Made by a program: the position numbers and the translations under genes. From contig JAFGAX010000147.1 in NCBI GenBank assembly GCA_016933415.1, positions 8,567 to 72,566 of the forward strand: 64,000 bases of DNA, read 5' to 3'. Numbering within the stretch: the first letter of the stretch is position 1; each line of letters opens with the position of its first letter. The DNA comes from a bacterium (GTDB taxonomy: Bacteria > Zhuqueibacterota > QNDG01 > DTFT01). The notes beneath the pieces were generated by a model. That model worked only from the letters and a program-made list of their open reading frames with translations, searched no databases and was not told the DNA's origin. Positions 1 to 9,061 of the stretch are shown here, piece by piece.

Positions 1-899
1 CGTCGCGCCGGGAGATGGAACTGACCCTCAAGTCCGGCCGCAAGGCCTCCATCGGTTATACCGTCACCGACCGGGTGGACAACCAGAGGCGGAAGGTGGG
101 AACCATTGTCTCCTTCCGCGACATCACACTGATCAAGCAGATGCAGAACGAGGTCATCCGGATGGACCGGCTGGCTTCGCTCGGCGTGCTCGCTTCCGGC
201 ATCGCGCATGAAATCAAGAATCCGCTGGCCGGCATCAAGTCACTGGCCCAGGCCTGCGAAGAGGAATTCGAGGGGGAAGACTCGCGCCGGGAATATCTGG
301 CCCGCATCATCCGGCAGGTCAACCGCATGGATGACCTGCTGCGGACCTTTTTCGCGTATGCCAAGCCCAAGCCGCCGGACCGGAAGCCGGTTCCCCTCAG
401 CGACATCGTCCGAGAAGTCGGCCACCTGATGAGCCGAAAAATGGACAAGGCGGGCATCGGCTATTCCGTGGAAATAGCCGATGTCCTTCCGGCCGTGGTC
501 GTGGACGGACCGCAAATCCAGCAGGTTTTTCTGAACCTGATGCTCAATGCCGTGGACGCCATGCCCGAGGGCGGGACCCTGGCGATCCGGGCGGCCGCCG
601 CGGACCCGGATTTCCGGGGCCTGATGCGACGTCGCACGCCGGACATGCATCCGGATCCTTCGCTGAAAGGACCGTCCTACGTGGAAATTCGCATCCGCGA
701 TTCGGGCACTGGCATTCCGGAGGACAAGCTGGAAACCATTTTCGACCCGTTCTTCACCACCAAGCCCAGCGGCCTCGGCCTCGGGCTGTCCATCGTTTAC
801 CGCATCATCGCCGAACACCAGGGGGACATCCGAGTCAAGAGCCGTCCCGATCAGGGGACGGAATTCAGCATTTATTTACCCACGGGAGATCCTTCATGA
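1..899 (+). CDS. Sensor histidine kinase, C-terminal part (gene starts upstream of the window)
   Basis: H-box ASGIAHEIKNPL followed by a HATPase_c region (N-box LMLNAVDA, G-boxes DSGTGI and GLGLGLS); the reading frame is open to the window edge; the stop overlaps the next gene's ATG (ATGA at 896-899). Confidence 0.8.
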   Translation, partial: SRREMELTLKSGRKASIGYTVTDRVDNQRRKVGTIVSFRDITLIKQMQNEVIRMDRLASLGVLASGIAHEIKNPLAGIKSLAQACEEEFEGEDSRREYLARIIRQVNRMDDLLRTFFAYAKPKPPDRKPVPLSDIVREVGHLMSRKMDKAGIGYSVEIADVLPAVVVDGPQIQQVFLNLMLNAVDAMPEGGTLAIRAAAADPDFRGLMRRRTPDMHPDPSLKGPSYVEIRIRDSGTGIPEDKLETIFDPFFTTKPSGLGLGLSIVYRIIAEHQGDIRVKSRPDQGTEFSIYLPTGDPS

Positions 900-2254
900 A
901 TTCCGCCAACATCCTCGTCATCGAGGACAACGAAGACCTTTCATTCACCATATCCAAGGTTCTGCACAAGGAGGGTTTCAAGCTTTTCACGGCGAAGGCC
1001 GGGGAGGAAGGCCTGCTTCTGTTTCGGAAGGAAATCGTGGATCTGCTCCTGCTTGACCTGAAGCTTCCGAAAATGAACGGGCTGGAAGTGCTCTCGCGCG
1101 TCAAAGAGATGGACCCGGATCTCGCCGTCATCATGATGACGGCCTCCACCGACGTCAAGCCGGCCATCGAGGCCATGAAACGGGGCGCCACCGATTATCT
1201 CATGAAACCGTTCGAACTGGACGAGCTGAAACTGGTCGTCAAAAAGGCGCTGGAAATGCATCAGCTCAAAATTGAAGTGGCGCGTCTCCGGCGGGACCAT
1301 GTGAAGGCGAATCCCCACGACACGCTGTACGGCGAGAGTCCGAGAATCAAGGAGATCCGCAAGCTGATCCAGATCGTATCGGAAACTCCCCGGACTTCCG
1401 TTCTCATACAGGGCGAAAGCGGCACGGGCAAGGAACTCGTCTCGAACGCTATTCACACGGCCAGCAGCCGGGCCGGCAAACCCTACATCAAGATCAACTG
1501 CAGCGCCATTCCGGACAATCTTCTGGAAAGCGAGCTTTTCGGCCATGAAAAAGGCGCTTTCACGGACGCGAAACTCATGAAAAAGGGGCTTTTTGAACTC
1601 GCCAACGGGGGCACGATTTTTCTCGATGAAATATCCAGCATGAAGCTCGGGCTGCAGCCCAAAATTCTGCGCGTGCTCGAGACGCAGACGTTCCGCCGCA
1701 TCGGCGGCATCGGCGACATCAAGATCGACATCCGGGTCATCGCCGCCTCCAACACCGACCTCGGTGAACTCGTCAAACTCAAGGAATTCAGGGACGACCT
1801 GTATTACCGGCTGAAAGTCATGGAAATCGACCTGCCTCCGCTCCGGGATCGGAAGGAGGACATCATGCTTCTCGCCAAGCTCTTCCTTCAGGAATTCAAC
1901 AAGGAGTTCAACAAGCGGGTCCAGAAATTTCACGCGAAAACCGAGGAACTCCTTGTGGCCTACCATTGGCCGGGGAACGTCCGGGAACTGAAAAACGTCA
2001 TCGAACGGGCCGTCATTCTCACCCAGGACGACTCCCTTCACCCGGACCACCTTCCCATCGAACTCAAGGAAGAGGGGCGGTCCCCCATGCCGGAAAGAGC
2101 CGACATGGGCAGGATGTCGCTGGAGGACATGGAGAAAATGCACATCGACCAGGTCCTTCAATCCGTCAAAGGGAATAAGTCCCAGGCCGCGAAAATTTTG
2201 AACATTTCAAGATCGACACTTCGGGAAAAACTGAAGGCCTATCATATTTCCTGA
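896..2254 (+). CDS. Sigma-54-dependent two-component response regulator (NtrC family: receiver + AAA+ sigma-54 activator + Fis-type HTH)
   Basis: N-terminal receiver (DLLLLDLKLPKMNG), Walker A GESGTGKE, GAFTDA motif for sigma-54 contact, ESELFGHEKGAFT, C-terminal HTH; 452 aa. Confidence 0.9.
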   Translation: MNSANILVIEDNEDLSFTISKVLHKEGFKLFTAKAGEEGLLLFRKEIVDLLLLDLKLPKMNGLEVLSRVKEMDPDLAVIMMTASTDVKPAIEAMKRGATDYLMKPFELDELKLVVKKALEMHQLKIEVARLRRDHVKANPHDTLYGESPRIKEIRKLIQIVSETPRTSVLIQGESGTGKELVSNAIHTASSRAGKPYIKINCSAIPDNLLESELFGHEKGAFTDAKLMKKGLFELANGGTIFLDEISSMKLGLQPKILRVLETQTFRRIGGIGDIKIDIRVIAASNTDLGELVKLKEFRDDLYYRLKVMEIDLPPLRDRKEDIMLLAKLFLQEFNKEFNKRVQKFHAKTEELLVAYHWPGNVRELKNVIERAVILTQDDSLHPDHLPIELKEEGRSPMPERADMGRMSLEDMEKMHIDQVLQSVKGNKSQAAKILNISRSTLREKLKAYHIS

Positions 2255-2284
2255 TGATCTGATTTCGGCCATGTTTGAAGAACA

Positions 2285-2314
2285 GACGCCTGCACAAGCA
2301 GGCGTTGTCTTTTT
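2285..2314 (+). terminator. Rho-independent terminator after the NtrC-type regulator gene
   Basis: GACGCCTGC-acaa-GCAGGCGT hairpin followed by a T-rich tract gtcTTTTTg. Confidence 0.6.
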
Positions 2315-2377
2315 GCTAAGTTACTGTATATAAATAAGTAAGTTGATTCGCCGGGATTCCCGGGGAAATCTGTTTCC

Positions 2378-2392
2378 TGGTATATATTTTGC
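2378..2392 (+). promoter_or_regulatory. Candidate sigma-54 (-24/-12) promoter
   Basis: TGG-N10-TTGC (cTGGtatatattTTGCc) with the correct GG-N10-GC spacing, about 45 nt upstream of the receiver gene and immediately downstream of a sigma-54 activator gene. Confidence 0.45.
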
Positions 2393-2438
2393 CCGATAAA
2401 GTCTCAGAAAGTCACATCCGTATAAGGAAACAGATCCA

Positions 2439-2840
2439 TTGAAAACCTGGAAAAAAAGAGTTTTGATTGTGGACGATGAAGAGGATTTGACCTGGAGCAT
2501 CGTCCGGGGCCTTTCGAAAGACAAATCCGGCGTCGAAGTGCACTGCGCCAGTTCGGGTTCGCTTGCACTGGATCTGATTCATCGTCATTCCTATGACCTG
2601 CTGGTTACGGACGTGCGGATGCCCGGTCTGGACGGAAAGGGTCTCGTGCAACGGGCGCGATCCATGCATCCGGGCCTGAAAATCATCCTGATGACCGCCT
2701 TTCCGTCTCCGGATGTCCGGGAATTCGCGGAACGCTTCCGCATCTCGGAAACCGTGGAAAAGCCTTTTGAGATGGGGGAATTCCGGCGCCTGATCGGGAA
2801 TCACCTGGAGACCGAATCCGCGTCGTCCGGGGCCGCCTGA
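2439..2840 (+). CDS. Single-domain response regulator (CheY-like receiver)
   Basis: VLIVDDEE...LLVTDVRMPGLDG...KIILMTA receiver signature; 133 aa; TTG start preceded by AAGGAAACA. Confidence 0.8.
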   Translation: MKTWKKRVLIVDDEEDLTWSIVRGLSKDKSGVEVHCASSGSLALDLIHRHSYDLLVTDVRMPGLDGKGLVQRARSMHPGLKIILMTAFPSPDVREFAERFRISETVEKPFEMGEFRRLIGNHLETESASSGAA

Positions 2841-2865
2841 CCGATCACACCCGTCATCAACCGCC

Positions 2866-4470
2866 TTGGGGAGAAACGACTTCATGAAAGACGTTCATGC
2901 ATTATCCGCCGCTCCGGACATTCCGCCGGAACGGATGGATGTCTATCAGACATCCATCCGGGTTCTGGGGGCCGGAGGCGCCGGAAACAACACCATCGAC
3001 CGGCTCCTGAGGCTGGGCATCCGGAATGTGGACACGATCGCCCTCAATACGGATGCGCAGCAGCTCCTCGAGACGCATACCCAGCGGCGCATCCTGATCG
3101 GGAAGAACATCACGGCCGGGCTCGGATCCGGCGGTGACCCCCAGATCGGTGAGCGTTCGGCTGAAGAGAACCATGCCGCGATACGCTCCGCGATCGAAGG
3201 CGCCGATTTGCTGTTCATCACCGGCGGACTCGGCGGCGGCACCGCCACGGGCTCCATTCCGATCATCGGGCGTGTGGCCCGTGAGCAGGGGACCCTGACA
3301 ATGGCCATCGTCACCATGCCCTTCTCCGATGAAGGCATCGTGCGCTGGGAGAACGCCCAGATCGGCCTCGAAAAGATACGCAAGAATGTGGATACCGTGA
3401 TTGTCCTGCGCAATGACAAGCTGCACGACCTGTATCCGGACACCACACTGCTCGATGCTTTCCGCAAGGCGGACGAGATACTCATCCACAGCCTCATCGG
3501 GCTGTCCGACCTGGTGCAGAAACGGGGCCTGATCAATCTCGATTTCGCCGACATCCGGTCGGTTCTCACCGACGGTCCCAACGCCGTCATCGGGCTCGGC
3601 GAGAGCCGATCCGAGAACAGGGCCGAGGAGGCCGCGCGGCGCGCCTTCAGCCATCCCATGATGGACTCCGACATCACGGGCGCCCAGAGCGCCATGGTGC
3701 ACATCACCGGAGGGCCCGACCTGACACTGAAGGAATCCCGGCAGGTCATTCAGGCGCTTTCCCGCAAGCTCGACCCGGGGGCGAAAATCATCTGGGGCGT
3801 GACCATCGACAAATCGGTCAAGGGAACCCTGAAAGTCCTGCTCATCGTGACCGGTCTTGTGGAAAAAGAGGATGATTTTCCCAGGCGCCTCGATGAGCCG
3901 GAAGCCGTTTCCCGGCCTTCCCTCGAGACGGAAGGGACGATGCCCGGTCCGCTTCAGCCGATGCGCGACGACGGAAAGAGCATTTTCGACATCAAGGAAT
4001 CCATCATGGCCTCCGGCGAGGAGACCACCACGCTGACGAAACCCAGAAAGGCCGTCGCCCAGTCTTCGCAGATTTTTTACACGATATTCGAAGAGGAGGC
4101 GGCCGCGGACCTGAAGCGTTTCGACCGTGCGGTCCATCTGCTTCGGGAGACGCCGGACAGCCGCAAAGCCCTGCTGGACGCCCTTCAGTCCTGCAAAATG
4201 CTGTTCGCGTCCGCCCAGATGTTCGGATTCGACGAAACCTGCCAGCTGCTCGGCGCGGTGCAGGATATTCTGCAGAGCGTCCACGCGAAGGAAATCCAGA
4301 TGAATCCGAGAATCCTGGATTCCATCACGCTGGCGATCGAGATGGTCGTGGATCTGATGGAAAACCGCTGCGACGGACGCGGCGAAACCGGGTACATCGT
4401 GGACCGGCTTCGGGACCTCCGGAGCGAGCAGATGGAATCCGCGGCTTCCGCGGACGGGAACAAACCCTGA
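2866..4470 (+). CDS. FtsZ/tubulin-family GTPase paralogue with a C-terminal HPt-like extension
   Basis: GAGGAGNN, NTDAQQL, tubulin signature GGLGGGTATG, MPFSDEG, GLINLDFADIRSV and an FtsZ C-domain; then about 200 extra residues whose pattern (F.EEA...L..LL....PD....L......LKxSA.MFGFD....L.......D.L) matches an HPt/CheA-P1 four-helix bundle; no DIPAFLR-type C-terminal peptide. Confidence 0.85.
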   Translation: MGRNDFMKDVHALSAAPDIPPERMDVYQTSIRVLGAGGAGNNTIDRLLRLGIRNVDTIALNTDAQQLLETHTQRRILIGKNITAGLGSGGDPQIGERSAEENHAAIRSAIEGADLLFITGGLGGGTATGSIPIIGRVAREQGTLTMAIVTMPFSDEGIVRWENAQIGLEKIRKNVDTVIVLRNDKLHDLYPDTTLLDAFRKADEILIHSLIGLSDLVQKRGLINLDFADIRSVLTDGPNAVIGLGESRSENRAEEAARRAFSHPMMDSDITGAQSAMVHITGGPDLTLKESRQVIQALSRKLDPGAKIIWGVTIDKSVKGTLKVLLIVTGLVEKEDDFPRRLDEPEAVSRPSLETEGTMPGPLQPMRDDGKSIFDIKESIMASGEETTTLTKPRKAVAQSSQIFYTIFEEEAAADLKRFDRAVHLLRETPDSRKALLDALQSCKMLFASAQMFGFDETCQLLGAVQDILQSVHAKEIQMNPRILDSITLAIEMVVDLMENRCDGRGETGYIVDRLRDLRSEQMESAASADGNKP

Positions 4471-4488
4471 CCGGCGGATGCGCCGCCG

Positions 4489-4527
4489 CCCGTTTCCAGC
4501 CGGCCGGCAGGAAACGGGTTTTTTTTT
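4489..4527 (+). terminator. Rho-independent terminator
   Basis: CCCGTTTCC-12 nt loop-GGAAACGGG followed by nine T residues. Confidence 0.8.
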
Positions 4528-4542
4528 GACGGAGTCATCGGC

Positions 4543-6195
4543 ATGAACCCGCTTGTTCTGCAGTCCGAGAAGCCGGGCCGGTCCAATCAGGACCACGGGC
4601 CGGCGGCGCGCATCGCCGGAGCCGAACAGGTCCGCGCGGACCACGAAACGTATCTGACCGACGAGTCCCGGATGCCGGGCGGTTTTGCGGACGAACTGGT
4701 GTTCGCGGCCAGTGAAAAACAGGTATGCGAAGCGCTGGTCGGAGCCGGGCAAAGGCGCATCCCGGTGACGGTTTCCGGCGCCAGGACGGGCATTGTCGGC
4801 GGAGCGGTCCCGTTCGGCGGGATGCTGTTATCCATGGAATCCTTCAACGGATTCATCGGCGCATTCCGTCCGGACGGGGGAGGAGACTGGCGGATCCGGG
4901 TTGAACCCGGGCTGACGCTGGAAGCGCTGAATCGGATCATTGAAACCGGACTTCCGGCTGGAAACGGCGGACCGGGTTACGACCCGGACCGGTTTCCGGA
5001 AACCCCCCGGTTTCTGGCTGAATCGGCGTCCTGGTTCTATCCGCCTGATCCCACGGAGAAAACCGCGCAACTCGGCGGAACCGTGGCGACCAATGCTTCC
5101 GGATCACGTTCTCTGAAATACGGCCCCACTCGTGATTGGGTGACGGCACTCCGCGTGGCTCTGTCGGACGGGCGTGTGCTGGAACTCCGGAGAGGCGAAT
5201 GCATTTCAGCCGGAGGATCCGCACTGCACATCCGATTCGATGATCAGAAGCGCATCGTGCATCCGCCCAGGATCCGTCCGGTCCGCGTCAAGTCCAACGC
5301 CGGTTACTGGGGCGGAAGGCCCCTGGATTGGATCGATCTGTTCATCGGATCCGAGGGTACGCTCGGGGTCATCACGGAAATCGAACTCCGGCTGGCCCGA
5401 AAGCCGGAATCCGTGTTCGGCGGCCTCGTCTTTTTCCATACCGAGGAACAGGCCCTTTCCTTTGTCCGGCTTGCGGTTTCGCGGGACGGTCCGCGACCGT
5501 CCGTCCTCGAGTTTTTTGACGCGGCCGGCATCCGTTTCGCGGCCGGCAGTGAATCCGGGGCAGTACGGGCTTTTTCTTTTCCGTTCGATCCGGAATCCGC
5601 AGGTTGCGCCGTGTATTTCGAACAGGAATGCGAGACGGACCGCATGGAGGAGTCGCTGGACGGGTACGGCCGGATGCTGTCCGAGTGCGGCAGTTCTATG
5701 GACGAGGCATGGGGCGCGGTCGACGAAAGGGAATTGAGAAGAATCGCGGATTTCCGTCACGCGCTTCCTGAAGCGATCAATACCGTGATCGGCGGGCGCA
5801 AGCGGATTCATCCGGGGATTCACAAGGTTAGCACGGATTTTGCGGTTCCCGGGGAATCCTTTCACGACATGTTCCGGTTCTACCGGGAACACCTGGATCC
5901 GACTGGCATGGAATACGTCATTTTCGGGCATATCGGTGAAAATCATGTTCATCTGAACGTTCTTCCCGGATCGGAGCAGGAACTGACTGCAGCGATACAG
6001 GTCGTACGGGATCTCGCAACCGAAGCAGTTCGGCTGGGCGGCACGGTCAGCGCGGAGCATGGCATCGGAAAGCTTAAAAAACATCTACTTGCCCTCCAAT
6101 TCGGACCGGAGGACCTTGATTCCATGGTCCGTGTAAAAAAAGAACTGGATCCTGGCTGGATTCTCGGCAGAGGATCTCTTTTTGATATCCCCTAA
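4543..6195 (+). CDS. FAD-linked oxidase (GlcD / D-lactate dehydrogenase family)
   Basis: FAD-binding PCMH-type N-terminal domain (VSGARTGIVGGAVP), C-terminal VAO-type domain ending HGIGKLK; 550 aa. Confidence 0.8.
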   Translation: MNPLVLQSEKPGRSNQDHGPAARIAGAEQVRADHETYLTDESRMPGGFADELVFAASEKQVCEALVGAGQRRIPVTVSGARTGIVGGAVPFGGMLLSMESFNGFIGAFRPDGGGDWRIRVEPGLTLEALNRIIETGLPAGNGGPGYDPDRFPETPRFLAESASWFYPPDPTEKTAQLGGTVATNASGSRSLKYGPTRDWVTALRVALSDGRVLELRRGECISAGGSALHIRFDDQKRIVHPPRIRPVRVKSNAGYWGGRPLDWIDLFIGSEGTLGVITEIELRLARKPESVFGGLVFFHTEEQALSFVRLAVSRDGPRPSVLEFFDAAGIRFAAGSESGAVRAFSFPFDPESAGCAVYFEQECETDRMEESLDGYGRMLSECGSSMDEAWGAVDERELRRIADFRHALPEAINTVIGGRKRIHPGIHKVSTDFAVPGESFHDMFRFYREHLDPTGMEYVIFGHIGENHVHLNVLPGSEQELTAAIQVVRDLATEAVRLGGTVSAEHGIGKLKKHLLALQFGPEDLDSMVRVKKELDPGWILGRGSLFDIP

Positions 6196-6218
6196 CCCGT
6201 TGTATTTATAAAATTTTC

Positions 6219-6247
6219 TTGACATTGCCCGTTTTTTACATTAAATT
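6219..6247 (+). promoter_or_regulatory. Sigma-70 promoter driving tRNA-Val and the thrS operon
   Basis: -35 TTGACA (6219-6224), 17-nt spacer, -10 TAAATT (6242-6247); the tRNA starts about 13 nt downstream. Confidence 0.6.
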
Positions 6248-6258
6248 TGTGACACTTT

Positions 6259-6333
<75 letters not shown>

Positions 6334-6374
6334 CTCGATATTTTCCTGCTAAAGGAGATAATAAAGGACACCTG

Positions 6375-8291
6375 TTGAGTCAAATCACGATCACATTCGA
6401 AGGCGGAACCCAAAAGCAGGTCGAAAAAGGTATTTCCATATCTCAGGCGATTCAGCAGGCGCTCCCCGAAATGGCTCCTTCCGCAATTGCCGCGGTTGTC
6501 AACGGAAAAATGACGGATTTACAGGATCGGATCGAATCGGACGCGACGGTTCAAATCGTCTCGGATCGCGATCCCGAAGGCCTGCATGTATTCTGGCACA
6601 GCGCCTCCCACGTGATGGCCCAGGCGGTCCGCGCTCTTTTCCCGGACGCCAAACTGGGCATCGGTCCTTCCATCGAGAACGGGTTCTATTACGATTTCAG
6701 CTTGGACAGGACTCTGACCGCAGAGGATCTGCCGGCCATTGAAGCGAAGATGAAGGAGATCGTCAAAGCCGATCAGCCCTTCATCCGCGACCGGCTGTCT
6801 CCGGAAGAGGCCGAGGCGTTGTTCAGAAGCCGGGGCGAGGATTTCAAACTCGAGCTGATCCGCGATCTCCCGGCCGACAGCCTGACCGTCTACCGCAACG
6901 GCGATTTCGTCGACCTGTGCCGCGGGCCTCATGTTCCGGCCACCGGGCGGATCCGGCATTTCAAGCTGCTCAGCGTGGCCGGCGCCTACTGGCGGGGCGA
7001 CGAACGAAACGCCGTGATGCAGCGGATTTACGGCATCGCGTTCCGCGACGGCGATTCACTCAAGAGCCATCTGGCCATGCTGGAGGAGGCCCGCAAGCGC
7101 GATCACCGCAAGCTGGGAAAAGAGCTGGACCTGTTCAGTTTTCAGCCCGAAGGTCCGGGGTTCGCATTCTGGCACCCGAATGGGATGTCGCTTTACAATT
7201 CGGCCATGGAGGCGGTACGCGAAATCCTCATCCGCAAGGGTTACGCCGAGATCAAGACGCCGATTCTGCTCAACGAGTCGCTGTGGCACCGGAGCGGACA
7301 CTGGGATCATTACAAGGAGAACATGTACTTCACGAGCATCGACGAACAGCCGTTCGCCGTGAAGCCCATGAACTGCCCCGGGTGTCTTCTCGTCTACCGC
7401 CACACGCCGCGCTCCTACCGCGACCTTCCCGTGAAATTCATGGAAATGGGGCTGGTCCACCGGCATGAGAAATCGGGCGTTCTGCACGGTCTGTTCCGCG
7501 TCCGTCAGTTCACCCAGGACGACGCGCACGTGTTCTGCACGCCGGATCAGCTCGAGGCGGAAATCGGGAAACTGATCGATCTTGTGGCCGAAGTGTATGC
7601 CCTTTTCGGATTCCACCGCTATCAGATCGAGGTCTCGACGCGCCCCTCGAAATCCATCGGGTCCGACGAGATGTGGAAACGCGCCGAAGACGCCCTGACG
7701 CATTCGCTTGCTTCCAAGGGAATCGCGTATACGCTGAACCCCGGTGAAGGCGCCTTTTACGGGCCGAAAATCGACTATCACATCCAGGATTCGCTCGGCC
7801 GGACATGGCAGTGCGGAACGATCCAGGTGGATTATTCCATGCCCGAGCGGTTCGACCTGGAGTACGTCGGTGCGGACAACGCGAAACACAGACCCGTCAT
7901 GATCCACCGCGCCATTTTCGGCTCCATCGAGCGTTTCATCGGAATCCTGATCGAGCATTTCGGCGGCGCGTTCCCGCTGTGGCTGGCCCCGGTTCAGTGC
8001 GTGGTGATCCCCATTACGGACAAGCATCATGCCGCGGCCGCCGAGGCGGCCGACCGGCTCGACCGTGAGGGCATCCGCGTCCGGGTCGACGGCCGAAACG
8101 AGAAGATGGGCTATAAAATCCGGGAGGCGGAGAAGCTGAAAATACCCGCGATGGCCGTGATCGGAGACCGGGAGGCGGAACAGGGTGCCGTATCCGTCCG
8201 CCGGCACGGGCGCGGCGATCTCGGCTCCCTGCCGCTCGGTGCATTCGCGGAATCCCTGAAGGACGAAATCGCAAGGAGGGCGAGCCATTAG
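6375..8291 (+). CDS. thrS: Threonyl-tRNA synthetase
   Basis: TGS and editing domains, class II core with HRDLK-type motifs, anticodon-binding C-terminus. The ORF-track start (6288) lies inside the tRNA-Val gene, so the start is placed at the in-frame TTG at 6375, preceded by AAAGGA. Confidence 0.9.
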   Translation: MSQITITFEGGTQKQVEKGISISQAIQQALPEMAPSAIAAVVNGKMTDLQDRIESDATVQIVSDRDPEGLHVFWHSASHVMAQAVRALFPDAKLGIGPSIENGFYYDFSLDRTLTAEDLPAIEAKMKEIVKADQPFIRDRLSPEEAEALFRSRGEDFKLELIRDLPADSLTVYRNGDFVDLCRGPHVPATGRIRHFKLLSVAGAYWRGDERNAVMQRIYGIAFRDGDSLKSHLAMLEEARKRDHRKLGKELDLFSFQPEGPGFAFWHPNGMSLYNSAMEAVREILIRKGYAEIKTPILLNESLWHRSGHWDHYKENMYFTSIDEQPFAVKPMNCPGCLLVYRHTPRSYRDLPVKFMEMGLVHRHEKSGVLHGLFRVRQFTQDDAHVFCTPDQLEAEIGKLIDLVAEVYALFGFHRYQIEVSTRPSKSIGSDEMWKRAEDALTHSLASKGIAYTLNPGEGAFYGPKIDYHIQDSLGRTWQCGTIQVDYSMPERFDLEYVGADNAKHRPVMIHRAIFGSIERFIGILIEHFGGAFPLWLAPVQCVVIPITDKHHAAAAEAADRLDREGIRVRVDGRNEKMGYKIREAEKLKIPAMAVIGDREAEQGAVSVRRHGRGDLGSLPLGAFAESLKDEIARRASH

Positions 8292-8796
8292 CAAAGACGA
8301 AATCCGTCTCAACGAGGAAATCCCGTCCGAAACGATGCGGGTCATCGACGCGGACGGGAAACAGATCGGCGTCCTGATCAAGTCGAGGGCGCTCGAACTG
8401 GCGGCCGAACGCAACCTGGATCTGGTGGAAATAGTCCCGAACGCGTCGCCGCCCGTCTGCCGCATCATGGATTTCGGAAAGTACAAGTACCAGCTCAGCA
8501 AGAAGGAGAAGCTGAGCAAAAAGAAACAGCACGTCATTCATGTCAAGGAAATCCGGTTCCGTCCGACCATCGACGATCACGATATCGAGACCAAGCTCAA
8601 GCAGGCCCGGAAATTCCTCGACATGGGGGACCATGTGCGTGTCCGCATCATGTTCCGCGGGCGTCAGATCGTGCATCCCGAACTCGGGCGGGCCGTCCTG
8701 GACCGGGTTCAGAAGGAACTGTCCGACATCGCCAAAATGGAAAAGGATGCGATCACCGAAGACCGCAGCATCGTCGTCACCTTCATTAAAAAATAG
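8287..8796 (+). CDS. infC: Translation initiation factor IF-3 with a non-canonical AUU start
   Basis: IF3 N-terminus (ISKDEIRLNEEI...VRVIDADGKQIGV) extends in frame upstream of the first ATG to an ATT at 8287-8289, which overlaps the thrS stop (cATTAG). AUU starts are the rule for infC. Confidence 0.8.
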   Translation: MSKDEIRLNEEIPSETMRVIDADGKQIGVLIKSRALELAAERNLDLVEIVPNASPPVCRIMDFGKYKYQLSKKEKLSKKKQHVIHVKEIRFRPTIDDHDIETKLKQARKFLDMGDHVRVRIMFRGRQIVHPELGRAVLDRVQKELSDIAKMEKDAITEDRSIVVTFIKK

Positions 8797-8816
8797 AGTA
8801 AAGGAGTCTTCATCCC

Positions 8817-9014
8817 ATGCCGAAAACCCGAACCCGGAGCGGCGTGAAAAAGCGGTTTTTCGCAACCGCATCAGGCAGCACCATCAAGCGTGACAAGGCG
8901 TATGCCCGCCATATTCTCACGTCCAAGTCCACCAAACGCAAACGCAAACTGCGCCAGTCGGATAGCGTGTCCCCGTCCGAGGACCGCCGCGTCAAGCGGA
9001 TGCTCGGCATCTGA
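8817..9014 (+). CDS. rpmI: 50S ribosomal protein L35
   Basis: [14 protein letters not shown]...; 65 aa. Confidence 0.9.
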   Translation: MPKTRTRSGVKKRFFATASGSTIKRDKAYARHILTSKSTKRKRKLRQSDSVSPSEDRRVKRMLGI

Positions 9015-9061
9015 GGCCGGTCCTGCTTCGCATCCGAACCGCATAACCCAGGAAGAATCGA

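Noticed and set aside
2351-2363. CCGGGATTCCCGG read as a transcription terminator hairpin
   Set aside because: The loop would be only 1-3 nt and there is no following T-tract. It is better explained as a DNA-level palindrome, that is a protein-binding site.
2866-4470. Possibility that this is the organism's primary division ftsZ
   Set aside because: No ftsQ/ftsA/mur neighbours, sigma-54 and two-component context, no C-terminal FtsA-binding peptide, and an added HPt-like domain. It cannot be excluded without the rest of the genome, so it is reported as a paralogue.
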